From: Eledone cirrhosa
Taxonomy: Eukaryota
Direction: 5' to 3'
NCBI GenBank assembly: GCA_964016885.1
Contig: OZ024744.1
Span: 54,746,001 to 54,810,000, forward strand
Length of the DNA: 64,000 nt
This document shows positions 12,320 to 24,476 of this stretch, piece by piece. The notes beneath the pieces are model-generated. The model searched no databases. It saw only the letters and a program-made list of their open reading frames with translations, and had not been told where the DNA came from. Each line of letters opens with the position of its first letter. Within the stretch, counting starts at the first letter, position 1. The translations under genes were made by a program, and so were the position numbers.

Positions 12320-12742
12320 AATAACTGTTTCTACTTTTGGCACAAGGCCAGCAATTATCCCAGTGTATTACTGGTACTTTATTTTATCAACCCCATAAAG
12401 ATGAAAGGCAAAGCTAACCTTGGCAGGATTTGAACTCAGAATGGCAAGGGACATAACTCTTTGTTACAAAGCATGGCGTCAGACTCTCTACTGATACTGC
12501 CAATCCAGTGCTCAGGTGCACTACAACTCATTAGAGGTGCATGTATAGTATATAAAATAATCGTTTCTACTTTTGGCACAAGGCCAGCAATTACCCCAGT
12601 GCATAATTGGTACCTTATTTTATCGCCCCCATAAGGATGAAAGGCAAAGTTAACCCCCAGCGGGATTTGAACTTAGAATGTAAAGAGGTGTAACTCTATG
12701 CTGCAAAGGATAGTGTCTGACGCTCTACCGATACCGCCAATT
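12320..12742 (-). mobile_element. Two adjacent SINE family 2 copies
   Basis: About 12320-12510 and 12560-12742, both matching the GCCTTTCATCCTT...GATAAAATAAAGTACCAG family. Confidence 0.8.
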
Positions 12743-12902
12743 GAAAGTGAATAGTGTATGAGTCATGATATACACACAGACACATGCCAGCGTGTGTATG
12801 GAAGGGGAATATCAGGTGTAGTGTTGGTGAATTTTGTGAAGCATGGAAGTTTGAAGGATGCAGTGTCCCAACAGCTCACCAATTTGGAGAGATTTAGGAA
12901 TA

Positions 12903-13533
12903 CAGTAATCCCCACTATAACGCAGTTCACTTTCCGTGGTCCCACTACATCATGGATTTTTCTTTGGAAGTATCCAATTTGCTATCACGGTAATCCTCGC
13001 TACATCGTGGATTTTTCATTAGAACATATCTAGTTTCTTATCGCAGTATGTATGTCTGAATAAAAAGTGCTTAAATTTTAAACTTACTAGATAAGTTTCG
13101 ATGTGATTGAAGTGTATAGTGAAAGGAAGGGGCATCTTAAGGCTTTAACTATAAAAAAAATGTTTTTATTTTTCATTCCATTACTGTTTTACTGATTGTG
13201 TTTTTCTCTAATCTACTACAAACCCTTCATAGACTGGTGGGAGATGTGCAGTGTATTACCAAATGGCTAACACGGCTTGTAATGGTCTTCATTGGTAACT
13301 AGTGGTACAATCATTTATGGTAGTTTCTATACGATCGTTACTGGCTGCTTTTGGTGTTTAAATAGCAAAGTGTGTTTTAATGAGTTTATACATACTTAAA
13401 GCGTGAAGGAGAGGTATTTTAAATCTTAAACTATGAAAACAACGGTTGTCTTTATGGTTTCTCTATACCACAGATTTTCATTTATCGTGGTTGGTTCTGG
13501 AACATATCTCCCGCGATAAACAGGGGATTACTG
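12903..13533. mobile_element. Tc1/mariner (pogo/Tigger-like) MITE
   Basis: TA|CAGTAATCCCC ... GGGGATTACTG|TA terminal inverted repeats with TA target duplication. Confidence 0.88.
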
Positions 13534-13771
13534 TATAGCTGGCATTTTCATGTTTGGAATATAACAAAGTTTCTTAAATAAATTTCTGATGGAAAGATTT
13601 TAGAGTGGCAGTGCCACAAGAAAAGGCACACATTACGAACCATGATGTGGTTGGGAATAGGTAAAGCATCCAACCATAGAAAGCAAGCCAGGATGGAATG
13701 TATGACCAAGATATGGTGAGCTGAGCTATCTTGCCTCTGAACATAACAACCCATCTAATCCATGCAAGCAT

Positions 13772-14219
13772 TCTTCTTCTTCTTGCTCTTGTTGGATGAG
13801 ACTGGGGTCATCTTAGGTCAGTGAACCAGAAGCATCATGCCTTCCATCACCAGCAGTCCCATGCCAACCCCTCTACATGTGATGTCAAGCTTCTGGACAT
13901 CTTCCTTGATGACGTCTAGCCATCTGGTGCAGGGCCTGCCACGGGGTCAATTTCAGCCTGTAGCTGCTATCAAACAAGAGTAAGGCCCTGGTAGTCCTGG
14001 GTCTGGCCTTGTAGTGGCAAGGGAGGCTTATCTGTTCTATAAATCTGAGAGAGCATTACTGTCTGGAGCTTTGCTCCAGGTAGGGTCACCAAGGAGGGCC
14101 AGTCGGTGGGGATGTTCCAGACCAACAGTGACCTGAAACATGTCAACTCACCACTAAGATGGCAGCCCCATCATCCAACTATTCTGCAGAGGGCTAACCA
14201 CACCCAGAAATACCGTCAA
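13772..14219 (-). mobile_element. RTE-derived insertion with (AAG)n tail and inverted 5' segment, nested in a family-A-type tail
   Basis: 12-bp TSD CCATGCAAGCAT at 13760-13771 and 14220-14231. 13772-13947 reads PRGRPCTRWLDVIKEDV on minus. About 14005-14130 resembles an RTE/Expander 5'UTR on plus. Confidence 0.7.
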
Positions 14220-14534
14220 CCATGCAAGCATAATAAATAGAATTAAACAGTGATGATGATCAAAAACCACTTTAAAACAAAGTTTGGTATCATAAATCCA
14301 GGGGGCAATTTTCAGACAGTGCTGTATCAAATGAGTTACACAGAATTGTGTGATTTGATGGAAGTTTGGCTGCTATTTCTAGCAGGTTGATTGTCCGTGT
14401 ATAGGCTCACTAGTCCACTTCTCAGGCTGTTATGTCTGTTGTTAGCTGTGGTGCTATTTGGGACATTGATGGAAGTCACAGCAAGAGCCACTTAACAACT
14501 AGAGGTCATGCTATCAATTACAACCAGGAAATAT

Positions 14535-15800
14535 ACTTACTGGTGCTGGTAATATTGTGTAGTGGTGGTGGTGGTGGTGGTGGTGGTGGTAATATTGTAT
14601 AGTGGTAGTGGTGGTGCTGGTGCTGGTAATATTGTGTAGTGGTGGTGGTGGTGGTGGTGGTGCTGGTGCTGGTAATATTGTATAGTGGTAGTGGTGGTGG
14701 TGGTGCTGGTGCTGGTAATATTGTATAGTGGTGGTGGTGGTGGTGCTGGTGCTGGTAATATTGTATAGTGGTGGCGGTGGTGGTGCTGGTAATATTGTAT
14801 AGTGGTGGTGGAGGTGGTGGAGGTAATATTGTATAGTGGTGGTGGTGGTGCTGGTGCTGGTGGTGGTGGTGCTGGGGGTGGTAATATTGTATAGTGGTGG
14901 TGGTGTTGGTGGTGGTGGTGCTGGTAATATTGTATAGTAGTGGTGGTAGTGGTGGTGGTGGTGGTGGTGGTGGTAATATTGTATAGTGGTGGTGGTGGTG
15001 GTTGTGGTGGTGATGGTAATATTGTATAGTTGTGGTGGTGATGGTGGTAATATTGTATAGTGGTGCTGGTGGTGGTGCTGGTGCTGGTAGTATTGTATAG
15101 TGGTGGTGATGGTGGTGGTAATATTGTATAGTAGTGGTGGTGGTGGTGGTGGTAATATTGTATAGTGGTGGTGGTGGTGGTGGTGGTGGTGGTGGTGGTG
15201 GTGGTGGTGGTGGTGGTTGTGGTGGTGATGGTAATATTGTATAGTTGTGGTGGTGATGGTGGTAATATTGTATAGTGGTGCTGGTGGTGGTGCTGGTGCT
15301 GGTAGTATTGTATAGTGGTGGTGATGGTGCTGGTGGTGGTAATATTGTATAGTAGTGGTGGTGGTGGTGGTGGTGCTGGTGTTGGTGGTGGTCATATTGT
15401 ATTGTGGTGTTGCTGGTGGTGGTTTTGGAGATGGTGATGCTGGTGCTGGTCGTATTGGTGTTGGTGGTGATGATCATGGTGGTGCTGGTGGTGGTGGTGG
15501 TTGTGGTGGTGCTGGTGGTGTTGTTGATGTAGGTGGAGGCGTTGTTGTTGGTGGCAGTGTTGGTGTGATGTTGGTGGCGGCAGTGGTGATGGTTGTGGTG
15601 GTAGTGTTGTTGGTATTGTTGTTGTTGTTGGTGTGATGTTGGTGGCGGCAGTGGTGATGGTTGTGGTGGTAGTGTTGTTGGTATTGTTGTTGTTGTTGGT
15701 GGTGGTGGTGGTGGTGGTGGTGGTGGTGGTGGTTAGTGTTTTGGAGTTGTGGTAATGCTAGAGGTTGGTGATGGTGGTGTAGTGGTGGTGTAGAAGGAGC
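14535..15800. repeat. Minisatellite: core GGTAATATTGTATAG separated by variable (GGT/GCT)n, grading into (GGT/GTT)n
   Basis: More than 20 core copies between 14547 and 15400. Confidence 0.95.
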
Positions 15801-15974
15801 AGGGTCAGGGTCAGAGATGTGAGTGGGGGTGGTAGTCAGAAGTTAGTTCTGGTGGCTTTGACAAATTACACTTTGCTACAAATTTATATCCAGTTTAAGA
15901 CTAACTTGACATTCCATTGAACTAAAGAATAATAAACAAAAAAAAAAAACAGAGAGAATACAAAAACATTTCTT

Positions 15975-16345
<371 letters not shown>

Positions 16346-16587
16346 AAGACTACTAGTGCTACATATGTGTTCTGCACCTACAAACACATATCTGATGAGA
16401 TATTGGTGCAGAGTTCGACCGGAACAGTATGACTGTGAACTGATCGATATTATAACAATTGTAATATGCAATAAAGTGCAATAATATGGTGCAACCTTGA
16501 CTTCATTCCTGCTTCTTGTATATATACAAAAGGTTTGCTGAATAAACAAGCTGGAACCTCTTGGCACCGCAGTTGGGATTTTACACA

Positions 16588-16621
<34 letters not shown>

Positions 16622-16707
16622 CACATACACAATGTACAGTATAGTTGAGCATATTAATACTTCATTTGATACATATATATATACTCTGTATATTATACTT
16701 GGATATA

Positions 16708-16953
16708 TATCTATCTATCAATCTAGGGCGGGTAAAATTCCCGAGATCCATGGATGAGTTCTCTCCAGCGGTCCCTGTCCCTCATTATCGCTGCCATGTC
16801 CTGCATCTCCAAGAGACCAGTGTCAACCTATCAACATATGTCAACCACGGTCTTCCTCTTCCAGTGTGTCCATGCAGGGGCTCCCACAGGAGCACTGAGT
16901 GTAGTGTCAACTCTGGATGCCGGTGAGCATGTCTAGCTAACCTCAGTCTCCTC
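16708..16953 (-). mobile_element. RTE-clade 3' fragment of a further family, with (TAGA)n tail
   Basis: Minus strand RRLRLARHAHRHPELTLHSVLLWEPLHGHTGRGRPWLTYVD..MRDRDRWRE..*, followed by ATTGATAGATAGATA. Confidence 0.75.
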
Positions 16954-16990
16954 TATTTGTATTTGTATTTCACTTGATATATATATATAT

Positions 16991-17370
16991 ATCATCCTCA
17001 TCATCATCATTATCATCATTTAACGGTGTTAAGATGTGGGTGGAGTGTTAGGGTGTGGGAGGTGTATGGAAGGGGGAAGGGAAGATAGGGGTTACGTAGT
17101 GCATACTAGATGTATGCTTCAACGCGTGCACATGGGAAGGCAGGTCATCTGTATTACTGCATAATACCAAATATCTCAATCCTGTGTCATCACTTTTGAG
17201 AGGTGCAATTGGGCAAAGTCAGCTTTTATCACCTCATCCCAGGTCTTCCTACTCCATAACTTCTTATCAACTTTGATCACCCTGCATCTTTTTATACAGC
17301 TGTCATCTTTCATATACATCTCATGGCCATATCAACGCCATCTCCTCTCTGGCACACTGCTTCTGATTCA
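16991..17370 (-). mobile_element. RTE family A-related 3' fragment
   Basis: Matches 2640-2950 in reverse complement, with an (ATC)n tail. Confidence 0.75.
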
Positions 17371-17385
17371 TATCTCTCTCTATAT

Positions 17386-17720
17386 GGAGGCACATGGCTT
17401 AGTGGTTAGAGCATTGGCCTTGCAATCGAAAGGTTGTGAGTTCAATTCTCAGACCAGGTGATGTGTTGTTTCCTTGAGTAAGACACTTTATTTCACATTG
17501 CTCCAGTTTATTCAGCTGTAGAAATGAGATGGTAGGGACTGAGGTCCATATAATTCTACTGCAAAGTGGTCGTGGAGGTGCCACAGCAAAAAAGCACCCA
17601 GCACTCACTGTAAATGAGGTTGGTGTTAGGAAGGGCATCCAGCTGTAGAAATCAAGCCAGAATCAGTTCCCGTCCCACCCTTGCAAGCAGGGAAAAGCGG
17701 ACGTAAAATGATGATGATGA
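17386..17720 (+). mobile_element. tRNA-derived CORE-type SINE (family 1) with RTE family-B tail
   Basis: GGAGGCACATGGCTTAGTGG (A box), GAGTTCAATTC (B box), CORE-like body, end CCCGTCCCACCCTTGCAAGCAGGGAAAAGCGGACGTAAAA(TGA)n. Confidence 0.9.
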
Positions 17721-17767
17721 TATATATAATATACATATACATATATATACATATATGTGTGTGTGTG

Positions 17768-18067
17768 TAAAGTGGTTGTGTAGGTGTCATGACAAAAATC
17801 ACCCAGACTACACTGTAAATGTGGTTGTGAAGGTGTCATGACAAAAAGTACCCACCCACACTGTAAAGTGAAGGGGCCACGGCAAAAAAAAACCCAGCAC
17901 TCACTGTAAATGAGGTTGGTGTTAGGAAGGGCATCCAGCTGTAGAAATCAAGCCAAAATCAGTTCTGTATGAGCAAGACATGGTCATCTGACAGGTCAAC
18001 TCGTCTAACCCATGCTAGCGTAGAAGAATGGACATAAAATGGTGATGATGATGATGATGATGATGAT
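17768..18067 (+). mobile_element. SINE1/RTE-A 3' portion with three ~47-bp modules
   Basis: Repeated GGTGTCATGACAAAAA..CACTGTAAA.GTG modules, then the family-A tail and (GAT)n. Confidence 0.8.
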
Positions 18068-18480
18068 AATATACAATGTACACTATTCTTTTCCAGTTAG
18101 AATTCCTCTTCTAACTAACATTCCTCATCAATTCCTTCTTTTGGCCAAACATATTTTGCCCTGGAATGAAGTGTCCTCCCATTTGAGAATCACTGAGTTA
18201 GATACTTAATTAAGTATTTCTCCTATATATCTGATTTAGTGCTACTGGTACACACACACAAACATCATCCTAGACCAGATCCAAAATAAGGACATCCAAC
18301 TGATTTTTGTATTGTTGGGGGAGAGGAGAACAATGCCCATTATACTTTTAAGGGTTTCCAAGAATGGTGAGAGAGTAAGGAAGGTTATCTCAAACAGGAC
18401 TCCTGGCCCGAATGCTTGCAATAGAGTGGAATTTATGGATTTTATTAGGGCCATGTAGTGGTGTTTAACCAAGTAACACA

Positions 18481-18650
18481 TTAACTCTGAAGATCCTATG
18501 GTGATTTAGCAGAAAATATCTAAAAACGGGTTTGTTAATCAAATGTTTATAGTATCTTTATTAAAGAATAGATCGTTGTGAAAATATGTAGCATTTGACT
18601 AAAGTCAAGACTTGAACTTTTAACATGATACAGTCATAGTGTGGTTTTGT
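18481..18650 (+). repeat. Unclassified interspersed repeat beginning TTAACTCT (other copies about 26385-26500 on +, about 52400-52670 on -)
   Basis: Shared TGATTTAGCAGAAAATATCTAAAAAC..CAAATGTTTATA.TATC sequence in three places. Confidence 0.6.
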
Positions 18651-20126
18651 ACTTGTCATGCAAATGCGGTTTAATGCGGTACAGGACATTAAGTGTTATG
18701 TCTACCACCCAAGTAGGCCATAGAAATATTATCAATTCATAACACAAACAGCCAGAACAAATACTGAAAGGCATCCCAGCTCCCATGAATGATACTTTAT
18801 TTATAAACCATAGAAGGATGAAATACAAAGTTGAGTTCAGCAGGATTTGAACTCAGAACAGAAAAATCCAGAAGAAATACCGCAAGATATTTTATCTGAT
18901 GTTCTAATACAGGGTCTCAAGCTGAAAGGCTCAAAAAGGAGAGGCACAGCTGGTCAAAGGTGAGATGAGGGAGATGGCATGATTTCCATCAGTCATAATG
19001 CAATTCTGCAATACAGCTGATAGGCTGCTTTTTTTTTTTTTTTTTTTTAATCAAAATAAATATGCATACGATAGTAAGTGGGTTATGTGAATTAGAACAA
19101 AAATGCAAGGGGACAAATTTTTCATTTCAAATTTTCCTTTCTTCTCCTGTAGACCATAGAAAAGTAGTTGGCAGACTGCACGTTTCAGACCCCTACTCTA
19201 ATACCTCTGCCAGTTCACCCCCCCCCCCCCATCCTTCTCATAACCAATCTTTATTCCTTGCTAAGTCAGCCACCTTAGATTTTCAATCTCATTCATAATA
19301 TATATCTTTTTGCAGATATTCAAACATCAATTGCATTATATAATATTTGCAATAAAAGAAAAAGTTAAAAAATCAAAAAAAATCAAACAACTTCAGCAAG
19401 GGAATGGGAGAGGGAGCAACAGATACTACACTCTTGTCTAGACAGTATATCTCAAATGGTGAGAGCATTGCTGAGGAGAACAGCCAGCGACACCTGCTAC
19501 ATCAGCCACTCAACCTCATATGGTTCCTTCCTTAGATGGGATGCACTCCTCCCAATTTTACAGACAAAAATGACAACTCAGGGACCAAGGACACCAGAGG
19601 TCTCATCAACAGTGACCAGTATGAAAAGGAAGTAGTCGGTCAAGTCGCAGTATTTGGCCATCAACTGTATCAATCTTTTGGACCTTCTTCACTCAGACTA
19701 AACCTCTTAGGAATTATGGTGGTAATTGGGACCACAAAGAGATATTTTAAAAGCTAACCCATGCTAGCAAGGGAAGCAGACATTGAACAATCATGATGAT
19801 GATAATTGCATTGGTGGTGGGGATGATGGTGGTGGTGGTGGTGGTGGTGGTGATGGTAGTAGTAGTAGTAGTAGTAGTTGGGGCTGATTATGAGGATGGT
19901 GGTGGTGGAAACAGAGACCAGAGACCATATAGGAAAGTAAGATTTGCTATTTCAAATGAAATTAGTCACTGTTTTTCCTCCACACATCTTTCCAGTTAAA
20001 GAGGAACTTTCCAGGTGCAAACTCTTGGTCTGTCGTGACTAAATATTGATTTCTTGAGATGACTAACAACACACCATGTTGTCTTCTGCAAGAAGTCAAC
20101 AGTTGACTATCTTAAACAAATTAGCT

Positions 20127-20157
<31 letters not shown>

Positions 20158-20172
20158 ATATATATATATATA

Positions 20173-22205
20173 TAATGAAGGATTTGTGGTAAGGAACCAG
20201 ATGAACCATAATACACCAGAGTACTCAATACTTGGGGTAGTAGAATGGGTAATAGGAGAAAGTATGACCCCGGCGGAGGAGCTCAAGCCGTTTCGACGGC
20301 TATTTCTGGACTAAAGTGAGAGTTTTTTAGTCTGGTAAATAAATAGCCAAACTTATCAAGGGTACTTCCTTATATGGGAAGATTGTAGTTGTCAAGAGGA
20401 TTGGTCAAAATTTGTAGCAGACACAGAAAAGACTATCATGGCAGTGGGTGCGGGTTGGGGATGGCTAAACTTGCCTGTAGAACGATAGGGGAGTAGGTAG
20501 AGCCGGTCAAGCGTTGAAGGTAAAATCTATGCGGCAACTTCTAAGGAATGTGTATGAAAGTAGGCCAGAGGAGGTAGGCGAAAATAGGTTTCTTTAGAAA
20601 AAGGAGGAGGGACGTTATAGAATTGGTAAATAAGATGGGATTAGGGGACAATGAAAAAATATAATAAAAAATGAGAGAAAGATGTATCAGAATGTAAGAT
20701 TGGAAAGTGAGAAGTGAAATAAAACAAAAACTAAGGAGTCTAACACAGCTGCTATATTTAGTTGGTTCTGCTTTTTCGGCCAATGCTATAGAATGAGTTG
20801 CTAGATGAGAATTATTGAAATTTTAGAATTGGGTATTAAAAATTAATACAACATCTCTGCTATGAATAGTTAGTTTAGCGTAATCGGCCAATGCTATCTA
20901 TAAGTTACTGGGGTGGGAGTACTGAGGCTAAAGAGGCCCGATCGGCTGCCTTGAGGTAGGCGAAAGGAGAAAAAAACAAAAAAACGAACGAGGAAGAAGA
21001 TCAGTGGTGGAAAGACGTGATAGGAGGAGACAAAGGGAAGAAGAAAACATAGAGGAAAAAAAGAGAGGTACATCTACCTATATAAGTTGGGGTTTCCCCT
21101 ATATTATTCGACAAGTAGGGTGTTTCAGCCCTTGTCTACCCATCCAGATCATTAGGAGGTTTGAGGGTGAGGTAAGTCTTTCGCAATCTGTGTTTGCATG
21201 CAGTTACCAGTTCGTCTTTTTTGTTTAGGAGTTGATCCTTCGAAAACAGCATTTGTAATGTTTCCTCCGAGCATAAGTTACATGGATGGCGTCCTCCCCT
21301 GTAGGAGTTAGCTCTGGACAGTAAGCTCCAAGTAAGATGGTAAGTTTTATTATTATCTTGGAGATCCCAGATGTGGCCCGAAAGTGTGGTGGCATGACGC
21401 CGGGCCGGGTTTCAGAAAGTATGTCGGTGTTGGTATAGCCGGGTCTTAAAGTCACAAGCGGTTAATCCTATATAAGCTTTGTTGGAGGTGTCCGTCCTCA
21501 TGTTGCACTGGTAGATCACGTTACGTTCTCAGCATCTGTTGTTGAGGGGGCACGTAGATCTATCAGGGCAGTTACACCTCCTGGTTGGCTTTCACTAATT
21601 TCTAGGTTGTTTCTTCCATAGGGGTTGAATTTTTTGTTGTTTGAGGAGACAATGTTTTGTGCAAAATTAGGTGTGGTGCTGTAGGAGAGTTTGATGGTGT
21701 TTTTGTTGATTATGTTGTGGTAGCGGTGTTGTGGTGGAAAGTGTTTTTTGAGGAGCCTAAAGAAGATTTTCCCGATAGGTGTTGCCACCTCAGCATTGTG
21801 GGGAGGATTGAACCACGTTACGTTGTGTGAGCGGCGGTGTTGCCTGCTGGTTCTGCTAAGGGAAGCTGGATAAAAGGATATTTCCTCCCGGAAGCCACTC
21901 CGCTTGAGGGCCTGGTTGTAATAAGGCGCATGTTCGTCGAATATCTGCTCATTAGCGGAGGGAGATATGCGGAGGGAGATATGCGGAGGGAGATGTTTTT
22001 AACCAGGTTATTGGTGATGTTTCTAGGATGGTTAGAGCGGCGGTGGATGTAGTGCAGGTTGTCGTTTGGTTTCCTGTAAGAGTAGTACAGATCATTTTCG
22101 AGGTTGAGGGTAACGTCCAGGAAATTGACTCGGGTTAGGGACGTTTGTAGGGTGATTTTAAATCCCCAGTCCCGGAAAAAGTTGATGAGTTGTTTACGGA
22201 CCCGG
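20173..22205 (-). mobile_element. Penelope-like element (probably Naiad-type), 5'-truncated: RT C-terminus + GIY-YIG endonuclease + pseudo-LTR
   Basis: Minus-strand peptides VNFLDVTLNL..YRKPND..YIHRRSNHP; VTWFNPPHN..TPIGKIFFRLLKKHFP..NKNTIKLSYS; CNCPDRSTCPLNNRC..NVIYQC..AYIG..FKTRLYQH..CNLC. Flanked by (TA)n on both sides. Confidence 0.9.
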
Positions 22206-22451
<246 letters not shown>

Positions 22452-22865
22452 TTTGTATTTGTGCTTCTATATAGGAGTAAACATAAATGTATGGACAGAA
22501 ACACATGGAGCAGGATACTAAGCAATGCTGTCAGGCAGGACCCTCCCTACTTGGGGATTAATTGTGCCCTGTATAATCAAAAACTGAATGATGAAAATGA
22601 TTGTATATTTAATAACATACGAGATGTTTACGAAAAATATTTGAATGCCTTTTGCTATGAATTTTTAAGGCTGTGACACCCGTCACACACCTAACCACAG
22701 CATAAGTAGGTGAAAGTACTCTGCAATACATCATTTCTTGCTGTATTGTGTTTATCAACACTACATGTCTCCCCACTTCTGCTGAGATTAAAATAAGTAT
22801 AAACTATTGTTAAGGCAAAATTAGAATATCTTGGAGATTCAGGACATGCAGCACAACTGCTTTAA

Positions 22866-23172
22866 CCCTTTAGCATTACTATATATATACAGTGAAATTC
22901 TGTTATAACAAAATTCACTTGGTATAAAAATAAATTTGAATTTTGTTATAATGGTATTCGTTATAACGGAGGTTTACCTGTATACTATTTTATTTTCATG
23001 GTAAGGCTTTATCTCATAATTATCTCATATAATGTCAAATCTACGAGATTTTGATGTTATTTATTTTGAGAACAATACCTTAATGTCAGTATCAGTGGCC
23101 GGTTACAACTGGTTTGAACAGAAAGATGTGAGAGAATTCTGGCCAGATATGGCCAGTTTAAATGCTAAATAG
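22866..23172. mobile_element. TTAA-flanked MITE, copy 3, containing a nested ~90-bp Tigger-like MITE (22890-22980)
   Basis: Outer TTAA|CCCTTTAGCATT..AATGCTAAATAG|TTAA; inner TA|CAGTGAAATTCTGTTATAAC..GTTATAACGGAGGTTTACCTG|TA. Confidence 0.8.
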
Positions 23173-23721
23173 TTAAGGACAATTAACAAGGGGGTTAGCC
23201 TAGCAAACCCCATAACAGGTTTCATATTTATAGGGCTGAATTAAATAAATCCTAGCACTTAAAAAAATTATGCAAAAAGAAAAAAAAATGTGTATGTGTG
23301 CTGGTGGTGATGACAAATATATTTCCTTTAGTGATTTCTAATGTGGAGCACAAACCCTGCCCCACAAGAGGGCAATTTGAATATTTAAGTGGGGGGGGGG
23401 GGGATTTGAAAATGCAGTTAATGAGAAGAAGCTAAATAAAAATATTATTTACTAATTCTTGAATTTTATTATTTTTTAATAATTTTATTTTATTTGCAGG
23501 ATTTGATTTTATAATTTCTACAGAACTCAATTTGTTTTCATATAAAGGTGGGGGGAGGGATTCATATCAATTTTTGAGATGTTGAGGTGGAGCATGGTTC
23601 CCAAAAGGTTGTGAACCATTGATTTAATTGGAATAAAATGGTACTCCTCTTCACTTGAGACCCTAAACATGTGTTTAATGGTTAACCCGGCCCTTCCTAC
23701 TTATCACAGACACTTTTTTAA

Positions 23722-23952
23722 CCCTTTAACATTTACATTACTGTGAAAATACAATAGCGAATATAGAGTAAACACTTTATTTCACATAATTATTTCACAT
23801 AATATCACATCTATGAGATTTTGATATTATTCATTTTGAGAAGAATACCTTAAAATAAGTATAAGCAGCTGGTTACAGCTGGTTACAGCTGGTCTGAACA
23901 GAAAGAGGTGAGAGGATTCTGGCTGGATACAGCCAGTTTAAATGCTAAAGGG
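23722..23952. mobile_element. TTAA-flanked MITE, copy 4
   Basis: TTAA|CCCTTTAACATTTA..TAAATGCTAAAGGG|TTAA. Confidence 0.85.
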
Positions 23953-24366
23953 TTAAAGCAGTGTTTTACAGCTAGATGCCCTTCCTGTCACCTGTTATGA
24001 CAAGACACAGAGATATGGTGTAACATATTCTTACATATTCTTAACCGGGTGTACACACAGTAGGACATGAAAAGGAAGAAGAGAAATTTATTTTTATTTT
24101 TACTTTTATTTTTATTTATTTATTTTTTCATTAGTCATTTTATTTATTAATTTTTCTTCCTCTTCTATCTCCTCCCACCATACTTCACAATGTTATGTGT
24201 TACCTCCAACCACAACTAACCTGCATAATGTCACTTTCCACCACACCTACACCTCACACAATGTGATCACCTCCACCGCACCTCCTCATAATAAAATGTT
24301 AAGGTGAGTATTCAGTCATTATACACTATCACAACCAGCCCCCACTTCCCAACCACCTTCATAAAC

Positions 24367-24435
24367 ATGTGTGTATGTGTGTGTGCGCGTGTGTCTGTGT
24401 GTGTGTCTGTGTGTGTGTCTGTGTGTGTGTATGTA

Positions 24436-24476
<41 letters not shown>

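Noticed and set aside
14535-15400. CRISPR-like repeat/spacer appearance and the 293/319-aa His/Pro/Thr ORFs
   Set aside because: Spacers are only (GGT/GCT)n, there are no cas genes, the context is eukaryotic, and the peptide simply rotates through frames.
17386-17460. tRNA gene
   Set aside because: A and B boxes are present but it runs into a SINE body, has no proper acceptor stem, and is multicopy in the window.
21405-21531. In-frame TGA codons in the Penelope GIY-YIG region as selenocysteine (reported for some Naiad elements)
   Set aside because: Both TGAs (C*ERNV, TF*NP) fall at non-Cys positions and fit CGA-to-TGA CpG decay; the copy also has frameshifts and I saw no SECIS.
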